In this document: positions 21,428-33,043 of the stretch, piece after piece
Position numbering within the stretch: position 1 is the stretch's first letter
Layout of the letters: each line of letters opens with the position of its first letter
NCBI GenBank assembly: GCA_963514005.1
Contig: OY740794.1
Location: 60,884,001-60,948,000, forward strand
Origin: Raja brachyura
Lineage: Eukaryota
Direction of reading: 5' to 3'
Length of the DNA: 64,000 nucleotides
Made by a program: the position numbers and the translations under genes
The notes under the pieces: model-generated
What the model saw: the letters and a program-made list of their open reading frames with translations, nothing else
Database searches by the model: none
Told to the model about the DNA's origin: nothing

Positions 21428-22318
21428 AACTGGGGGACAGTGTTAGCTGTGAGGAGGATGCTACGAGGCTGCAAGGTGACTTGGATAGGCTGGGTGAGTG
21501 GGCAAATGCATGGCAGATGCAGTATAATGTGGATTAATGTGAGGTTATCCACTTTGGTGGCAAAAACAGGAAAGTAGACTATTATCTGAATGGTGGCCAA
21601 TTAGGAAAAGGGGAGATGCAACGAGACCTGGGTGTCATGGTACACCAGTCATTGAAAGTAGGCATGTTGGTGCAGCAGGCGGTGAAGAAAGCGAATTGTA
21701 TGTTAGCATCCATAGCAAAATGATTCGAGTATAGGAGCAGGGAGGTTCTACTGCAGTTGTACAGGGTCTTGGTGAGACCACACCTGGAGTATTGCGTACA
21801 GTTTTGGTCTCCAAATCTGAGGAAAGACATTCTTGCCATAGACAAAGATAAGAGAAGGTTCACCAGACTGATTCCTGGGATGTCAGGACTTTCATATGAA
21901 GACTGGATAGACTCGCTAGAATTTAGAAGATTGAGGGGGGATCTTATAGAAACGTACAAAATTCTTAAGGGGTTGGACAGGCTAGATGCAGGAAGATTGT
22001 TTCCGATGTTGGGGAAGTCCAGAACAAGGGGTCACAGTTTAAGGATAAGGGGGAAATCTTTTAGGACCGAGATGAGAAAAACATTTTTCACACAGAGAGT
22101 GGTGAATCTCTGGAATTCTCTGCCACAGAAGGTAGTTGAGGCCAGTTCATTGGCTATATTTAAGAGGGAGTTAGATGTGGCCCTTGTGGCTAAAGGGATC
22201 GGGGGTATGGAGAGAAGGCAGGTACAGGATACTGAGTTGGATGATCAGCCATGATCATATTGAATGGCGGTGCAGGCTCGGAGGGCCGAATGGCCTACTC
22301 CTGCACATGTTTCATGTA
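21428..22318 (+). mobile_element. CR1 (HER1-type) LINE, 5'-truncated
   Basis: ORF 21757..22254 LVRPHLEYCVQFWSPNLRKD...TRGHSLRI...FFTQRVVNLWNSLP, followed by the 3' UTR. Confidence 0.93.
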
Positions 22319-23024
22319 CACATTGGTATAAATCTATTTGCACATGTAAAGTCACAAAGTGAAAATTTGAGAATAAGAAAACAAACTGCCATAATAATTG
22401 CAGTTTGGACCGTTGCTTTCAGGGTTGAATGTGCTGATCACTAAATATTTTGGCACTAATATTTTTCTGTCTTCAGGTTCCAATGCCAACTTCCACCTGT
22501 TTCCACCTCTCTCATCTGTTAACTTTTTCCTTCACTACTGAATGTGACCTCCCTTCAGACATTGTTCTGCCACCTCTTGATTCTGTATTTCCCCTTGAGT
22601 TAGCACCAAATTGTGCATCACATACAATAGTGGCAGCAGTACAAATTGCTCCTGCTATTTGAGAACGGTCCCCATTAAACTCCTTTCTGCATGGGAAGTA
22701 TCATAAGTCAATCAGTCAATTTTATTTGTATTGCACATTTAAAATCAACTCGCGTTGTCTAAAGTGCTGTGCATCAGTGCAGGGACCAACGTGCTACATA
22801 CAATGGTACACAGATCTAACAATACATACATAAACTGTTTACAGCGCTCCCTCAGAGGACCTAAGGAATAAGACAGAGGAAATCAATAAAATAATTAAGA
22901 AATAGTTAGCAAAAATTATTTGACCAAGGAACAGAAAGGTACTGTAACAGAGAAAGCATATGCAGATGAAATTATGTAGCAAAAAATAAATAAATGCTAT
23001 GGACAAAAAGATGAAGGAAACAAA

Positions 23025-23420
23025 TGATTGATTTGATTTGATTGATTGATTTGATTTGATTTTATTACTTGCCATTCGACCTCAGAGAGGCTCGAACGAA
23101 ACTCCGTTTCTACAAGTCATATAAACAGAACAATTCATAAAACAGCACACAAACAATTCAATTCACACAAACATCCATCACAGTGAATCTCCTCCTCACT
23201 GTGATGGAAGGCAAAGTCTTCTCTCTCCCCCACACCATTTCACTCCCGAGTTCGAAGCCCCAGGCGGGCGGTGTTAAGTCCCACGGCCATTGAGGCCACG
23301 CCGGGCCGGGCGATGTACGGCCCCGCTCTAAGCCCAAAAAACTCACAACGTTGGAGCCCCCGGCGGGTGCTGGAATGTCCCGCTGGAATGTCCCGCGGCC
23401 ATGAAAGCCGCGCCGGCTTA
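23025..23420 (-). mobile_element. Non-LTR retroposon 3' end with GC-rich UTR and simple-repeat tail
   Basis: (TTGAT)n tail, then hairpin CCATCACAGTGA-ATCTCCTCC-TCACTGTGATGG. Related copy at 61995-62410. Confidence 0.6.
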
Positions 23421-25599
23421 TAAAATTGCAAGTTAACAAACTGAAGTAAGGAATAGCATGGTCAATGAAAAGATAAACATGACATAAGAAAATGAAGTAA
23501 GAAACAAAGATAAAAAGCATATGAAAGGAAAAGAGAAAACTTAAAAAGTAAGGATCTAAGCAGGCTCATGCAATTAAATACATCCGTCTTTCTCCAATTC
23601 TTATTACATTCTTGCCATGAGTCACAGTGTAAATATCAAATTGAACTATATTTGGCATGTTTTGCTCCTCAGTTCAAAATCAAATACGAATACGAAGTAT
23701 TCTTTGGGAAGCACACAAATGAATATATTGGACCCAGCGATCACCGCTTATTTTCTGACAGTTATAACCACAACACACATTTCTTGGCAAACCCTCAGTA
23801 ACCCTGCAGAGTGCAGCAATCCATCACATTGGTGTATCCTGCAAGGCACAGACATCGTCAAACTGTGCAGAAGACCACATGGCTGATCTTCATGTGTCTG
23901 CTGATGTACTGTTGATGATTAAAATTGTGAAATTCTCTCTTCCATTGGCTAAAAAGATTTTACATGAAATGGAAGTGGACAGGCTGGAATAATTAGGCAT
24001 TTATCAAGCATGGCAAAAAACTTAAGTCAATTATGTGTTATAATTCACCACAGGTCAGGACAAAAATATAATAATTGAGGTCTTCAGGCTATATCAGTCC
24101 CTGTACAAGCTAAACTCATATCAACACCATGCAAATATATAAATCTTAGTTTTAACACATTTATTTTTAACTGATTTCTGTGTACTATCTTTAATAATTG
24201 TTTTTATTTCCCAGTCAGAAGCGCAATGTGAAAACAGTTGTAAAACTAAAAAATCTTTCTAAATATATGACAGATTTTGATATATTCATTGAATAATTGA
24301 CCCATTGAGCATGAAACTGAAAACCTGTATGTTGTTGCCAATTAGCTTGATACAGCTTGATTCCATAAACTATCCACTTGAACCTGGAGTTGAAAACCAT
24401 CGAATGAACACTGGCAAAGAATGGACCATGAAACATAAATGGAAGCATTAACAATTAATATTTTGACAGCAGCATAAGCAAAGTACAGTAGATAGAAATG
24501 AGCTGATTGACCACTTAGACTTTTTATTAAATGTTGTGATTGATGATACGTTTTTCTAGTGCAACCAGAACAAGATCTCTATCATTGTTCACTTAGGGCA
24601 AAACATTCATCATATAATGCTGGCAGTGTTAAACTCCATGCCAAAAATAATCTATCATTTTACTAATTATATTTTATATGAGGATATAAGAAGGCCATAA
24701 GAAGGAAAATATGTTTTAAAATTCAGTAATGTTGGTAGTTGTCATTGACAACCATTTATACACAAATACTCCAAACAACTGCTCCCACCATCTCTCAGCA
24801 AAAACAATCTTAAGTCCTAGACTAAGCCAGAGATCCTGTTGCTCTCTGGAGCCCTGCACAACCATGACCCTTCTGCTATTCAGGCGGAAACCTCTTGCTT
24901 ACACAAAACCTATCTCCCAGAAACACAGCCTGAGTATGGTTTGATTGGCACTCAAGAAAGGTCAGAGCTTTAGTGATTGTGGCATGACTTCATCTGCCTT
25001 AAGACCTGAAAAGCTAGTAAGTGTCAGCGGAAAGAGAAATTAGAGATGATAAAATTGAAATCTCAGTGAGAACTTGATATCTACTTTCTGATACAGAAGC
25101 TTTAGATTTGCAATAGACACACAGAAAATACCATTGTATAACAAAACATAACAAATATTAAATCATAGTGAGATGCTTAGTTCTTCCCTATAATATCTGT
25201 TTTAGATTTTAAAAAGCTTTAAAGTGCAAACTTCCTTGTGCATCTGAAAAAACAATGTTGCATATTTTCCAGTGATGCTTTAAAGGGAAGTTGAGGGATG
25301 TAAGTAAGAATTTAAATCTGTTTAATTAGTTGCATCTTGGGATTATTGCCAACCTACTTAGAGTTACATTTTAATATGGAAATACCATTGTATTCTTTAC
25401 AGTTCAATTGTTCTAAAAAAAATGATAACTGAACTGTTGGTTACCATAGAAACTGAAATACTTCATTACAGTGTGAGCAGTGGTGACAATTACAGACGTT
25501 TCACAAGAGGTAGCAATTTTACCTCAACCCAAGAGATTATTCTATATTTAACTGATGAATACAAATTTGCTCTACAAATAGAATAAAATGGGAAAAAAA

Positions 25600-25900
25600 A
25601 CATTTATACAACACATTTTTCATCCTCGGGGCATTTACAGCAATAAGTAATTTTTTGAGTATAGGATTGTTTTAATATAAGCGAATGAGGCAATCAATTT
25701 GCGTATAGCTCCGTCCTAAACAACAGAAACAAGAAACATAACAATTCATCATCATGCCATTTGAGGGTTAAGTGTTGGCCAGGACATCAAGACAACTCTA
25801 TTAATTTTCTTTAAATTGTGTAAAGAACCTTTTACCTGAGCTGGTTTTATGTAAAAGACTGTGTCAAGATTACCACAGAAAATGCTGGTCACATTTCTAA
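25600..25900 (-). mobile_element. Old Deu-domain SINE (SacSINE1-like) remnant
   Basis: Degenerate reverse-complement similarity to the 50615-50835 copy (GAGGGTTAAGTGTTGGCCAGGACA; CAATTTGCG). Confidence 0.45.
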
Positions 25901-27746
25901 ATAAAGGTGACGCTGAGCAGGCAACAATAGTGATCATTTTAATAGATATAACAGTGACTCAAATTCTATTCAAAACCATTAAATATAATACAAAGGGCTT
26001 AATTCATTGTTGAACCCCTTTCTGTTTCCAAGAGTCCATTTCATAATTTCTTCCCAGTAATACTGCTTTTCATAGAACAACAGTTTTCCATCTGTTTCTG
26101 GTTGTGTACCAATGTCTTCCAAAGGGTTTATTTCTTTTCATTTCTTACATTTGTATCAACTCTCCATTTTTTAAAAAAGAACAACCAACTCCTTCGTATG
26201 TTTTCTTGGCCTTACATCTACATAAAAGTAAAAGCTGAAAGAAGCTAAAGATGTAAGATTAAAATGCAGACTGCTTCTCTTCTCAGCCAACAATATTCGA
26301 ATCCTGACATTACAGATGAAAGGACACAAACTGATTCTGCACACTCATGTTTCTTTAAATTTTATCAAAAAGAAGAAAATAACAAATTCCAACATCAATT
26401 GTGAGCAACTAAATTATGATTTACAACTTAAAAATCTAAAAATAATTTTGGTTAATTAAGAGCATCTTGGGAATATAATTAACCTGATTAGAGTTTTGGA
26501 TACAGAAGTACTATATACATCTGAAATAAATATTATTCCCAAAATAGACATCCCATGCTTGCAAACGTTTGTGAAATTATAAATGAACGTTTCAATCTCT
26601 AAAGGGTCTATGTTTTAATTTCTACATTTGGTTTTAAAACTCATTGGTTGTGACAGAGACCATTTTGAGGGATGGACCATATTTAGATATAGCGAGTGAG
26701 CAAATATTGGAAACCTTGTTTTTGTTTGTATGGCCATTTAAAAGTCCAGTCCTATATTAAGCAAGCTGTTTTAACCAAATGTGTGCACTGATTATAGATT
26801 GTGGATCATGGGTCAAAGCAATATCAGCTAATTTAAACCCCACATGGCAAAAGAGTTTGTGATTCTGGAGCAGGTGGAAGGGTGAGAAATGTGAAACGGG
26901 TGGGGCAGAGACCAAGATTATGTTTGTTGTACCAATAAAAAGAATTCTTATCCTCAGTTCTCAATTATTATATATTTGAGGACTGAAATGGAAAATTAGA
27001 AGGACATTGAAACATTGAAAAATCTCTCTTCAGGAGATAAGCCAGTTGAATGAATCCATAAGAAAGCTGGTTGTGTACAATTTGCATAAATTATCTTAGT
27101 TGAGGTGATTTCATTTGAATGTTTTCGAAAGCAAATTATACTGTATTTGGTTAGGTTGTGCCTTTGGATAAATTTCATCTTTTTCACCCCTTGAATTTCT
27201 TCCTATTTATATTTGTTCTCAATATCTTTAATGTATCTAATCTCAAAGTACGACATGTCATGACATTTTCAATATCAGTTATATTTATCCACAGATTTAG
27301 TCTTGCTATTTTTTAGGAAGCTCTCATGGGTAATATTTCTATGAACTATATTTACCAGTACAAAACATATTTTACTAATGATATGATAGAACTTTACATA
27401 ATTTCTACCTTTATCCAGGGCTGCCAACTCTCACGCTTTGAGCGTGAGAATCACGCATGTTAACAAATTCTCACGCTGATCAGAAATTTCTCACGCTCAA
27501 AGTGGTGAGAAATTGTGTGATCAACGAAAATTTCAAAACTTAGATAAACTGCATGGTCCGCGGGTGTTGTAGAGCCGGGGCTGAGGGAGGGATGGAAGCA
27601 CAAGCAGCAGCGGAGACAAATGCGGACGGGGATCCGGGGCTGGCAAGTGTTTGCCGGGGTTGGCGAGTGTTTGCCAGGGATAGATGCCGGGAGCGGGGCT
27701 GGCGAGTGTTTGCCGGGCTGGCGAGTCGCTCACTGCAGCTCCGGCC

Positions 27747-27884
27747 ATGGAGCAGCCTCAGTGCAAGGCGTCGGAAGCATTGCACCGCTGCCGTGAGAGT
27801 CTCTATGCCAAATTCGCCCAGGTGACCGGTATGGATCAGGCTGCGGCTCGGTGCATCCTGGAAGACAACCAGTGGCTGCTGGAA
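27747..27884 (+). pseudogene. TDP2: Orphan exon 1 of a TDP2-like gene (N-terminal UBA-like domain, 46 codons)
   Basis: GCCATGG start. RESLYAKFAQVTGMDQAAARCILEDNQWLLE resembles, from memory, human TDP2 RRLLCVEFASVASCDAAVAQCFLAENDWEME. Ends at a phase-0 donor GAA|GTAAGT. No downstream TDP2 exons were recognised. Confidence 0.72.
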
Positions 27885-27994
27885 GTAAGTACCAAGCACT
27901 GGGTAGAAACAGTGGAAGATAGTGGACTTCAAATGGGGATGGTTGGAGAAAGCATCCTGCTTGCCTGCTCGATTTTCACTTACTGTAACTGCAG

Positions 27995-28327
27995 GAAAAA
28001 AGTTCCCGATGTTGGGGGAGTTCTGAACCAGGGGTCACAGTTTAGGAATAAAGGGGGGCCAGTTAGGAATGAGATGAGGACAAACTTTCTTCACGCAGAG
28101 AGTTGTGAATCTGTGGAATTCTCTGCCACAGAAGGCAGTGCAGACCAATTCACTGGATGTTTTCAAGAGAGAGTTACATTTAGTTTTTGGGGCTAACGAA
28201 AAGGGATATGGGGAAAAAACAGGAAAGAGGTACTGATTTTGGATGAATAGCCATGATCATATTGAATGGCAGTGCTGGCTCGAAGGGCCAATGGCCTATT
28301 CCTGCACCTATTTTCTATGTTTCTATG
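27995..28327 (+). mobile_element. CR1 (HER1-type) 3' fragment inside the composite element
   Basis: TTCCCGATGTTGGGGGAG...CTGTGGAATTCTCTGCCACAGAAGG...(TTTCTATG)n tail. Confidence 0.85.
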
Positions 28328-29917
28328 CTTGAGTATACGGCAATAAAACTCGATCACTTGATTTTGAAGCATCCATGCATGGTGGAGATATAATGTAGTC
28401 ATAGAGTGATACAGTGTGAAAACAGGCCCACACCCGCCAGCATCTTTTGGTTCATACCTCCAAACCTGTCCTATCCATGTATCAGTTTAACTGTTTCTTA
28501 AATGTTGGGATGGTCCCTGCCTCAACTACCTCCTCTGGCAGCTTGTTCCTTGTGGATAAAGTTACCCCTTAAAAAGTTACCTCTTAGAAATACTTCATAC
28601 AAAAAACATTGAAATCTTACTTCTACAATGCACTGAAAAATGATTTTAATACATCAAATTTCAAAAAGTTCCCACCCTGGGAGGGGGGACACCCTTCCTC
28701 CACACCCTCTCCCCACTTGGTTGCTCCACTCCCTCACCGGGTACCCCAAAGGCCAGTGATCAGTGATCGCTCAGCCTTCCCACTTTTGAAAACGCTCCGC
28801 AGCCTCTGGTTCAGACGGAGAACACTGCCAGATGTGAGCGGGGAACTGAGGCCAGTTGTCCGTGATGTCTGGATCCCAATGCTCAGCGCTTCATGTTTCG
28901 GAGTTGTTATTGATTTGTAATTACCCTAATTTGTACTTAGTTGACAAAACCTTAATTTATTAATCCGGAATATCCAGGGGGATGGGATAAGTGTAATATT
29001 AAATGACATGCAAGGTGTCAGGCTGTCTGTCACAACATACAGCCCTGATAATCCATTATTTCCTTCAGTTAAATATTGGGAAGGTAGCACTATTGTCATT
29101 TGCCACTGAATTATTATGTTTGTTTACCTCACTATTTCAAACCCACCCCAATTCCTTTGGCAGGTTGAATAGAAATGTCCCCAATCTCGTTGTTTAATTA
29201 ATTGAACACGTAGATGAACATCCTCAAGGAGTGTAGTCAGATGGAAACTGATTCAGATGCGATATTTAAGAGCTTGTTCAAAGAAAGGACATATTTTAAA
29301 GGAATGACAGAGATACTTGCAGGGGAATGTGTGAGCAGATTATTATTTGTCTTTAGTTTTAGCTTGAACCAGGTCATCTGAAGATTCAAAGTTTAATATA
29401 TTAATTGTGCTGATACTGACCCCAACAAACCATGTAATGAATATCATCCATTCTGGAGATTTTACTTTTATGATGCCATTTAAACTTCACTTGGATTTCA
29501 ATCACTTCAATGTAAAAGTAATTGGGAATGGGGAGCATTGGAACAAAAATTTGCCCTCGGTACATATTAACTGTAATGTAATAATTTATGCATGTTGGTA
29601 CGTGCAATCAAAACAAAGATCTTTTTATCATTGTTGTGTTATGAATACCACAGAAAATATTATGTACTTTCAAGATCACAGTTAATAGAATAATATTGCT
29701 TAAATATATAGTTATTGGACTTTGCATTTCAGAAAAGACCCAGCTGAGAGGAAGACAGCAAAATACTGAAAATATTGGGGGTGAAAATGACTTCAGGACA
29801 GTTTGTTATGAAAATGAAAGAAATTGTATCAGAATACCTATACAGTTGAGCGAGTTCAATTTTATGGATGGAAATTGTGTTCAACCAATTGATTACTTCT
29901 TTGACAAAGTAACTAGC

Positions 29918-30090
29918 ATGTTAGAGAGAGTTAGATAGAGCTCTAGGGGCTTGTGGAGTCAAGGGATATGGGGAGAAGGCAGGCACGGGTTATTGATAGT
30001 GGACGATCAGCCATGATCAAAATGAATGGCAGTGCTGGCTCGAAGGGCCGAATGGCCTCCTCCTGCACCTATTTTCTATGTTTCTATGTT
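29918..30090 (+). mobile_element. CR1 3' UTR fragment
   Basis: GAGAGTTAGATAGAGCTC...CCTGCACCTATTTTCTATGTTTCTATG. Confidence 0.85.
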
Positions 30091-30902
30091 AGATAACAAG
30101 GAAGTCAATTAATGTAGCAAATTTTGTTATCCATAATTTGGTCTGTGAAGTGCCCCAAAATGGATTACTGCATTAGATAAGCACCTGTGGACTTGAACGT
30201 AATAGGTTAAGTCCAGGGGGTCAGATAAGGGGCTTTATGTGTGGGCCAGATATATTGTCAGTGCAAAGGGGCTAGGAGCAAGACCAAGTTTGTATCCAGA
30301 GTCAAGGTCTGGAATAGTACTATGTGTGCAGTCAAAGATGGGACCAGGGGTGTGTTCAGCACTGGGAACCTAAGCAGGTAAGCAGCTATGATCAGCGTAG
30401 AATAGGGGGCCAGGTGTAAGGCTGGACTCAGGGACAGGAATGAGAGAAGGTATGCAACTGGAGTCAGGGCCAGGAGTAGTACCAGGTGTGCAGTGAGACC
30501 CAGGTTGGTCAACATGGGCCAAGTGCTTGATTATATTCTGATTTCCACACATGAACACACTAACATCATTCATGTGCTGCACCTGTTGATTAGAGCCTGG
30601 GCTCTACTGTGGAATGTAATTAGGAATGTAATTTACTCTAATTCATAGCTAATCCAATTTAAAGCATATATATTGCATTCAAGTGCAAGTTAAAAGACTC
30701 GCTACAGTATGCACCATATTTCAAGCTGAAAAATGCAAAAGTTCCGTACCAATGGGAGGGGGGACACCCTCCTCTGCCTTCATCGTCCTTCTCCCTCACC
30801 TGGATCCATATCTTCCCCCTCCACCCCCAGTCCCATTGCAGGGGGTGGAGGGGGAAATATGTACAATTTATTTCCCCCAACAGATGCTACTTGATCCTCT
30901 GA

Positions 30903-31252
30903 GGTAGACAAAAGTGCTGGAGAAACTCAGCGGGTGAGGCAGCATCTATGGAGCGAAGGAAATGGGCAATATTTCGGGCCGAAACCCTTCTTCAGACTGA
31001 TGTAGGGTGGGGGGAACAGGAAGAAGAAATGAAGAGGAGGAGCCAGGGGGCAAAGGGAGAGCTGAGAAGGGGAGGAGACAGCAAGGGCTACCGGAAATTG
31101 GAAAAGTCAATGTTCAAGCCGATGGGGTGTAGACTGCCCAAGCGGAATATGAGGTGCTGCTCCTCCAATTTCCGGTGGTGCTCACTCTGGCCATGGAGGA
31201 GGCCCGCGACAGAAAGGTCAGATTCGGAATGGGAGGGGGAGTTGAAGTGCTC
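30903..31252 (-). mobile_element. Penelope-like element 3' fragment
   Basis: EHFNSPSHSESDLSVAGLL...KLEEQHLIFRLGSLHPIGLNIDFSNF (GIY-YIG C-terminus) plus terminal repeat. Confidence 0.85.
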
Positions 31253-31607
31253 TGAGTTTGAACACCAGTTTGAATTTTTGGTCCAGATTCGAGCATCTTT
31301 AATCTCTTGTGCCCCCTCCAATTTATATTCTTGACTGAGAATGGATTATTTTGGTGCTGATCAAGTTGGCTATCGCACACTATCGCACAGTTGATGCGAG
31401 ACGCAGGTGTAAAATGCTACCAATTACCTCATTCATCTCACTTGCAACATGTTCTGGATTAATATGAATGTGGGTTGTTTTTTAACGAGATACAAATGGG
31501 AACAACTTCACATTTCCATCCAACCTATGAGATACAGTACAATCCATTTGATTCCTAGATTATAGACATTCAGTTGGTCTTGGATAAGTTGTGTATATTT
31601 TAAAGAA

Positions 31608-31902
31608 AATGTTGGGCGGGTCCAGAACCAGGGACCACAGTCTTAGAATAAAGGGGGGGTCATTTAAGACTGAGTTGTGAATTTATGGAATTCCCTGCCA
31701 CAGAGGGCAGTGGAGGCCAAGTCATTGGATGGATTTAAGAGAGAGTTAGATAGAGCTCCAATGGTTAGTGGAGTCAAGGGAGTTGGGGAGAAGGTAGGCA
31801 CGGGTTATTGATTGGGGAAGATCAGCCATGATCACAATGAATGGCGGTGCTGGCTCAAAGGGCCGAATGGTCTCCTCCTACCCCTATTTTCTATGTTTCT
31901 AT
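31608..31902 (+). mobile_element. CR1 3' fragment
   Basis: TCCAGAACCAGGGACCACAG...GGAATTCCCTGCCACAGAGG...TTTCTATGTTTCTATG. Confidence 0.85.
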
Positions 31903-32901
31903 GTAAGTGGAATGTCATCTTTAATCCCAAGGGACTGCCTAAGGAGAAGAATTGTATTGAGATATATTTTACATGCTGGTGCATTTCAGTGGAGCCTGAC
32001 TCAAAACCAGACTGCTGACCTGAATTGTGACAGTTACTCACAGAGCTGAGTTTGGCATGCCATGAAAGCATAAACATGTTTTTTTGTTTTTCCCAGTAAC
32101 TTTTCCTTATCATAGGAGATTGTAGAAAATTCACAATGGTGATCATGTGAAATCCTATCCACTCTGAAGGTAATTTCATTTATGTCTGCCGTCTTACTTA
32201 CTGGATAAACTGTGCTGGTGTGGTCATATTGTGAACAGCTGTGAAAAGAACAGTAATCTGTCTCTGAAGTTTAACCATTTAAGTAATTGATTATTTGAAT
32301 TCCGCACTGCAAGGGGGAGAATTTAAACCTTTTTGCATTCATGTTGCAGTGTAAAATGAGTGCAATTAGCATCAGTGAGGAGGACAGGTATCTTTTGGCC
32401 AAAGTATTTCTTTGAGACATTTTTCAGACATCTGTGAAAAAGCCCTTTGCATATGGAAATGGGAATTAACATTTTACTTAGATCCAGGAGCACAGATTTG
32501 AAGTGTAAGGATATGTGTGAATGGACCTGGCTCCAAATCTACTCCTTTGACACTTTTAAACAGGTGCTAAAACATTTCCTGTGGAGCCAGGAGGAGCAGA
32601 TGTGACCCCACCTTCTACAAGACCTCCTCATAACCCCTTACCTCAGCTACCCATGTTTCAATATAGGCTGTACAAAATACATTCATGGGTCTCGAATAGA
32701 GGCTTTGCACACTGAAGCAGAATTGAACTGGAAGGCTGAGCCCTGCATGGATGGTGTTTAGACCTCACCTGAACTGCTACCAGGAAGTCAAGAACTCTTG
32801 AGTTTCTTCTTCAACATTTTCAGAGAATCATAAAATGAGCACAGTACAGTAATGGGTCATTTTGGCCCATCTTCCTTTGATGCCTATCTAAACATTCCAC
32901 T

Positions 32902-33042
32902 TCTTCGTCTTCCTGTGTATGGCATGCACAGCATAAAGCTGAAGGCAAACTTGTTCTATTTGATCTTAGTTGATTGTGCACACCAGGTTGATTGCATTTG
33001 TCGAAACTGAGCGGACCACGTGAAGGTTGCAATCTCCCACCC
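32902..33042 (-). mobile_element. ~135-bp HDV-ribozyme-headed retroposon, copy C
   Basis: Degenerate (AAG)n tail. TSD ACATTCCACT (32892-32901, 33045-33054). Confidence 0.85.
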
Positions 33043-33043
33043 A
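32990..33043 (-). ncRNA. Minimal HDV-like ribozyme (copy C, diverged)
   Basis: (U)GGGUGG GA GAUUGCA ACC UUCACGU GGU CCGCUCA G UUUCGA CAAA UGCAAUC. Confidence 0.7.

Larger units (their letters stand above)
27416..28808 (+). mobile_element. Composite hAT-like non-autonomous element carrying a gene fragment
   Basis: Left end CAGGGCTGCCAAC with subterminal TCTCACGC/GCGTGAGA repeats. Right end ...GCTCCGCAGCCTCTG is only an imperfect inverted match. No TSD found, so the right boundary is uncertain. Confidence 0.5.

Noticed and set aside
27684-28196. 170-aa ORF as a complete gene
   Set aside because: Only 27747-27884 is protein-like; the rest reads through a splice donor into intron-like and CR1 sequence.
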